DNA of 51,916 nt from Anaeramoeba ignava BMAN (lineage: Eukaryota > Protista > Anaeramoebae): contig JAPDFW010000046.1 of assembly GCA_028826165.1 (NCBI GenBank), forward strand, positions 1-51,916, in the 5' to 3' direction. The notes below the pieces were generated by a model. It was not told the origin of the DNA. It saw nothing but the letters and a program-made list of their open reading frames with translations, and ran no database searches. Positions 49,301 to 51,916 of this stretch are shown here, piece by piece. Each line of letters opens with the position of its first letter. Within the stretch, counting starts at the first letter, position 1. Position numbers and translations under genes: made by a program.

Positions 49301-50482
49301 CCAATATTTAATTTCCAAAGGAATTGATATAAATGCAAAAACAAATCAAAATGAAACAGCTTTACATTATACTTGCCAAAATAATTTATCATTAAAAGTT
49401 GTTGAATATTTAATTTCCAAAGGAATTGATATTAATGCAAAAAATAATCAAAATGAAACAGCTTTGCATTTAGCTTGCCAATTCAATTCAATTCAAATTG
49501 TTGAATATTTAATTTTCAAAGGTGCTGATATTAATTCAAAAACAAATCAAAATGAAACAATTCTTTCAATATCAATTAAAAAACAAAATGAAAATATAAT
49601 CAAATTTTTATTAATGAATGATATGAATATTTATAATTTGAAACAAAAACAAATCACAAAACAATTTATTAAATTATTTTCACAAATTTATTCAATTAAT
49701 GAAGATATGAATAATTTATTAAAATCAAATAATCAATTTTCAGATTTAATAATTCAATCAAATGATTTATTTAAATTTAAAGTTCATAAATTAATATTAT
49801 TAACAAGATTTGATAATAATGAATTAATTTTACAAAAATTTATTAATAATTGTTATCAAAAACCAAAAAAAGAAATTGAAATTATTTTAAATTTTATTTA
49901 TACTGGATTTTATAATTTTGATAAATTTATTGATAAATTTAATTCAAAACAAAATGAAAATGAAAATGAAAAAGAAAATGAAAATGAAAAAGAAAATGAA
50001 AATGAAAATGAAAATGAAAATGAAAATGAAAATGAAAAAGAAATTATCCAAAATTTTATTAAAGAAATTGGAATTGATTCAAAATTGGATTGAAACTAAA
50101 AAAGGAAGAAAAGGAATAATAAAAGATTTATCAAAATTATATAAAGAAAAATGAAACCAAAGATTTTTAAAATTATTGTTGAAAAAGAAATTAAAATTCA
50201 TAAATTAATATTAATAATTAAAGAAGTGAATTATTTAAAGGAATGTTTGAATTAAATATTCAAGATTCAACAAATCAAGTTCATGATTATTCAAAGAAAA
50301 TCATTTTGAAACAATTAATCAATTTATTTATTTTTCTTTATCATGATAAATTTAATAATATTGAAAAAGAAAAAGAAAAAAGAAAAGAAATTATTTTAGA
50401 AGAATTTTATGATTTGAAAGATTATTTTCAATTAAATCAAAATTCAATTATTGATTTAATTTTAAAAAGATTTAAAAATTAA
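46400..50482 (+). CDS. Ankyrin-BTB array copy 4 (frameshifts at homopolymers ~46685-46720 and after ~50080)
   Basis: It has the same termini as the other copies, with an 897-aa open core. The indels sit in A/T runs, which suggests sequencing error. Confidence 0.8.
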
Positions 50483-50536
50483 TTTTAAATTTTTCCATTT
50501 TTCATTTTTCATTTCAAAAATAAAAATAAAAATAAA

Positions 50537-51916
50537 ATGAATAAAAATAAAATTTATAAAATTATAAAAGAAAATGAAATTGAAAAATTAAAGAAATAAT
50601 TAAAAGAAATTATTAAAGAAAAAAATAAGAAAATAATAAAATATTCAATAAAACAAAAAGTTTCCAAAGAAATAATTGAATATTTAATAACAAAATTATT
50701 TAATAATAATGATGATATTAATTTTAAAAGATAAAAAGAAGAAATTTATTACAAATTTCAATTATAAATCAATCAAAAATTGAAATAATTAAATTATTAA
50801 TTTCAAAAAGGAATTGATATTAATTCAAAAGATAAAAAGGAAAAACAATTATTCATTATTTGACAAAATATTTAAAAATGAAAAATTAATTAATTGAAAT
50901 TATTGAATATTTAATTTCAATAAAATTAATATAAATGAAAAACAAATTCAAATAAAACAATATTACATTATGCATGTGAAATATAATTCAATTAAAATTA
51001 TTGAATATTTAATATCCAAAGGAATTAATATTAATTTAAAAACAAATTCAAATGAAACAATATTACATTTTGCATGTCAAAAATAATTCAAATTGAAGTT
51101 ATCGAATATTTAATTTCCAAAATATAAATATAAAATAAACAACAAAATCAAACAATTTTTACATTATGCATCCAAAAGAATTCTCTTGAAGTTATTCAAT
51201 ATTTAATATCTAAAGGAATTAATATTAATTATAAAACAAATAGACATAAAACATTATTACATTATGCATGCAAAAATAATTCTCTTGAAGTTATTAAATA
51301 TTTAATTTCTAAAGGAATTAATATTAATGCAAAAACCAAAAGGAATGAAACAATATTACATTATGCATGTAAAAATAATTCACTCGAAGTTATTGAATAT
51401 TTAATATCTAAAGGAATTGATATTAATGCAAAAACAATATGGAATGAAACAATTTTACATTCATATACGAAAATTCACTCAAATTGGCCAAATCTTTGTT
51501 CAATTTTTCCAAAGGTCTGGATATTGATTTCCATTGCAAAATGTGCCAAAGCAATGTACATTGTATGCTTAAAAGATTCCAGGACACGATGTTATTAAAT
51601 ATTTAATTTCTAAAATTGATGATATTATAATGCAATCACAGGTGATAACCAAAACGCTTGCAATTAGTTTTAATCAGGCAATCCCATCGTTTCAGTTATT
51701 GAATGTGTTTGGTTTTCCAGAAAGTGTTGATAATGAAAAACCAAGTGATCTAAACACTTATTCATTTGTTTGTGATAGTCACATGTAATTCAAGTTGTGT
51801 AGATAATTTATTTCTAGGTGTTGTGTTCATAAACAAATAGAATAAACATTTTGCATTATGTTTGTGAATACCATGATGTCATCAATTGAAGTGGCACAGA
51901 TATTTGATAAAAGGTG
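50537..51916 (+). CDS. Ankyrin-BTB array copy 5, partial and error-rich, truncated by window end
   Basis: The start 'MNKNKIYKIIKENEIEK' and ankyrin repeats are recognisable. Indels rise steadily and identity collapses after ~51460. Confidence 0.65.

Noticed and set aside
50080-51916. Apparent hypermutation or pseudogenisation of ankyrin copies 4-5
   Set aside because: Indel density rises steadily toward the window end and sits in homopolymers, typical of low-coverage long-read consensus.

Overview
This is very AT-rich, gene-dense eukaryotic DNA with short GT-AG introns, TAA stops, QN-rich low-complexity proteins, and introns/intergenics inflated by simple repeats. It reads as an anaerobic protist; Anaeramoeba-like is my inference from composition, the ankyrin/BTB expansion and TSET. 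The left 31 kb holds: a ~143-bp satellite; a CH-domain protein; a BCAS3-like WD40 gene; a La-related protein; two tandem 7TM paralogs; a Rab; a PRELI gene whose 3.1-kb intron hides a decayed Mutator-transposase/tyrosine-recombinase chimera; an intronless bacterial-type anmK; a TSPOON-like longin; a BTB-BACK-TLDc protein; and an organelle-targeted GrpE. The right 20 kb is a head-to-tail array of at least 5 ankyrin-BTB genes. The best finding is in the third array copy, which is split by a 3,514-bp DNA transposon (39426-42939) with an ATAT target-site duplication and GAGAG...CTCTC termini. Its Sola2-type DDD transposase is joined in frame, through two phase-0 introns, to an apparently catalytically intact ubiquitin-specific protease (USP/C19). 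Removing the element restores the host ORF exactly. All family assignments come from motif recognition by eye, not database searches.
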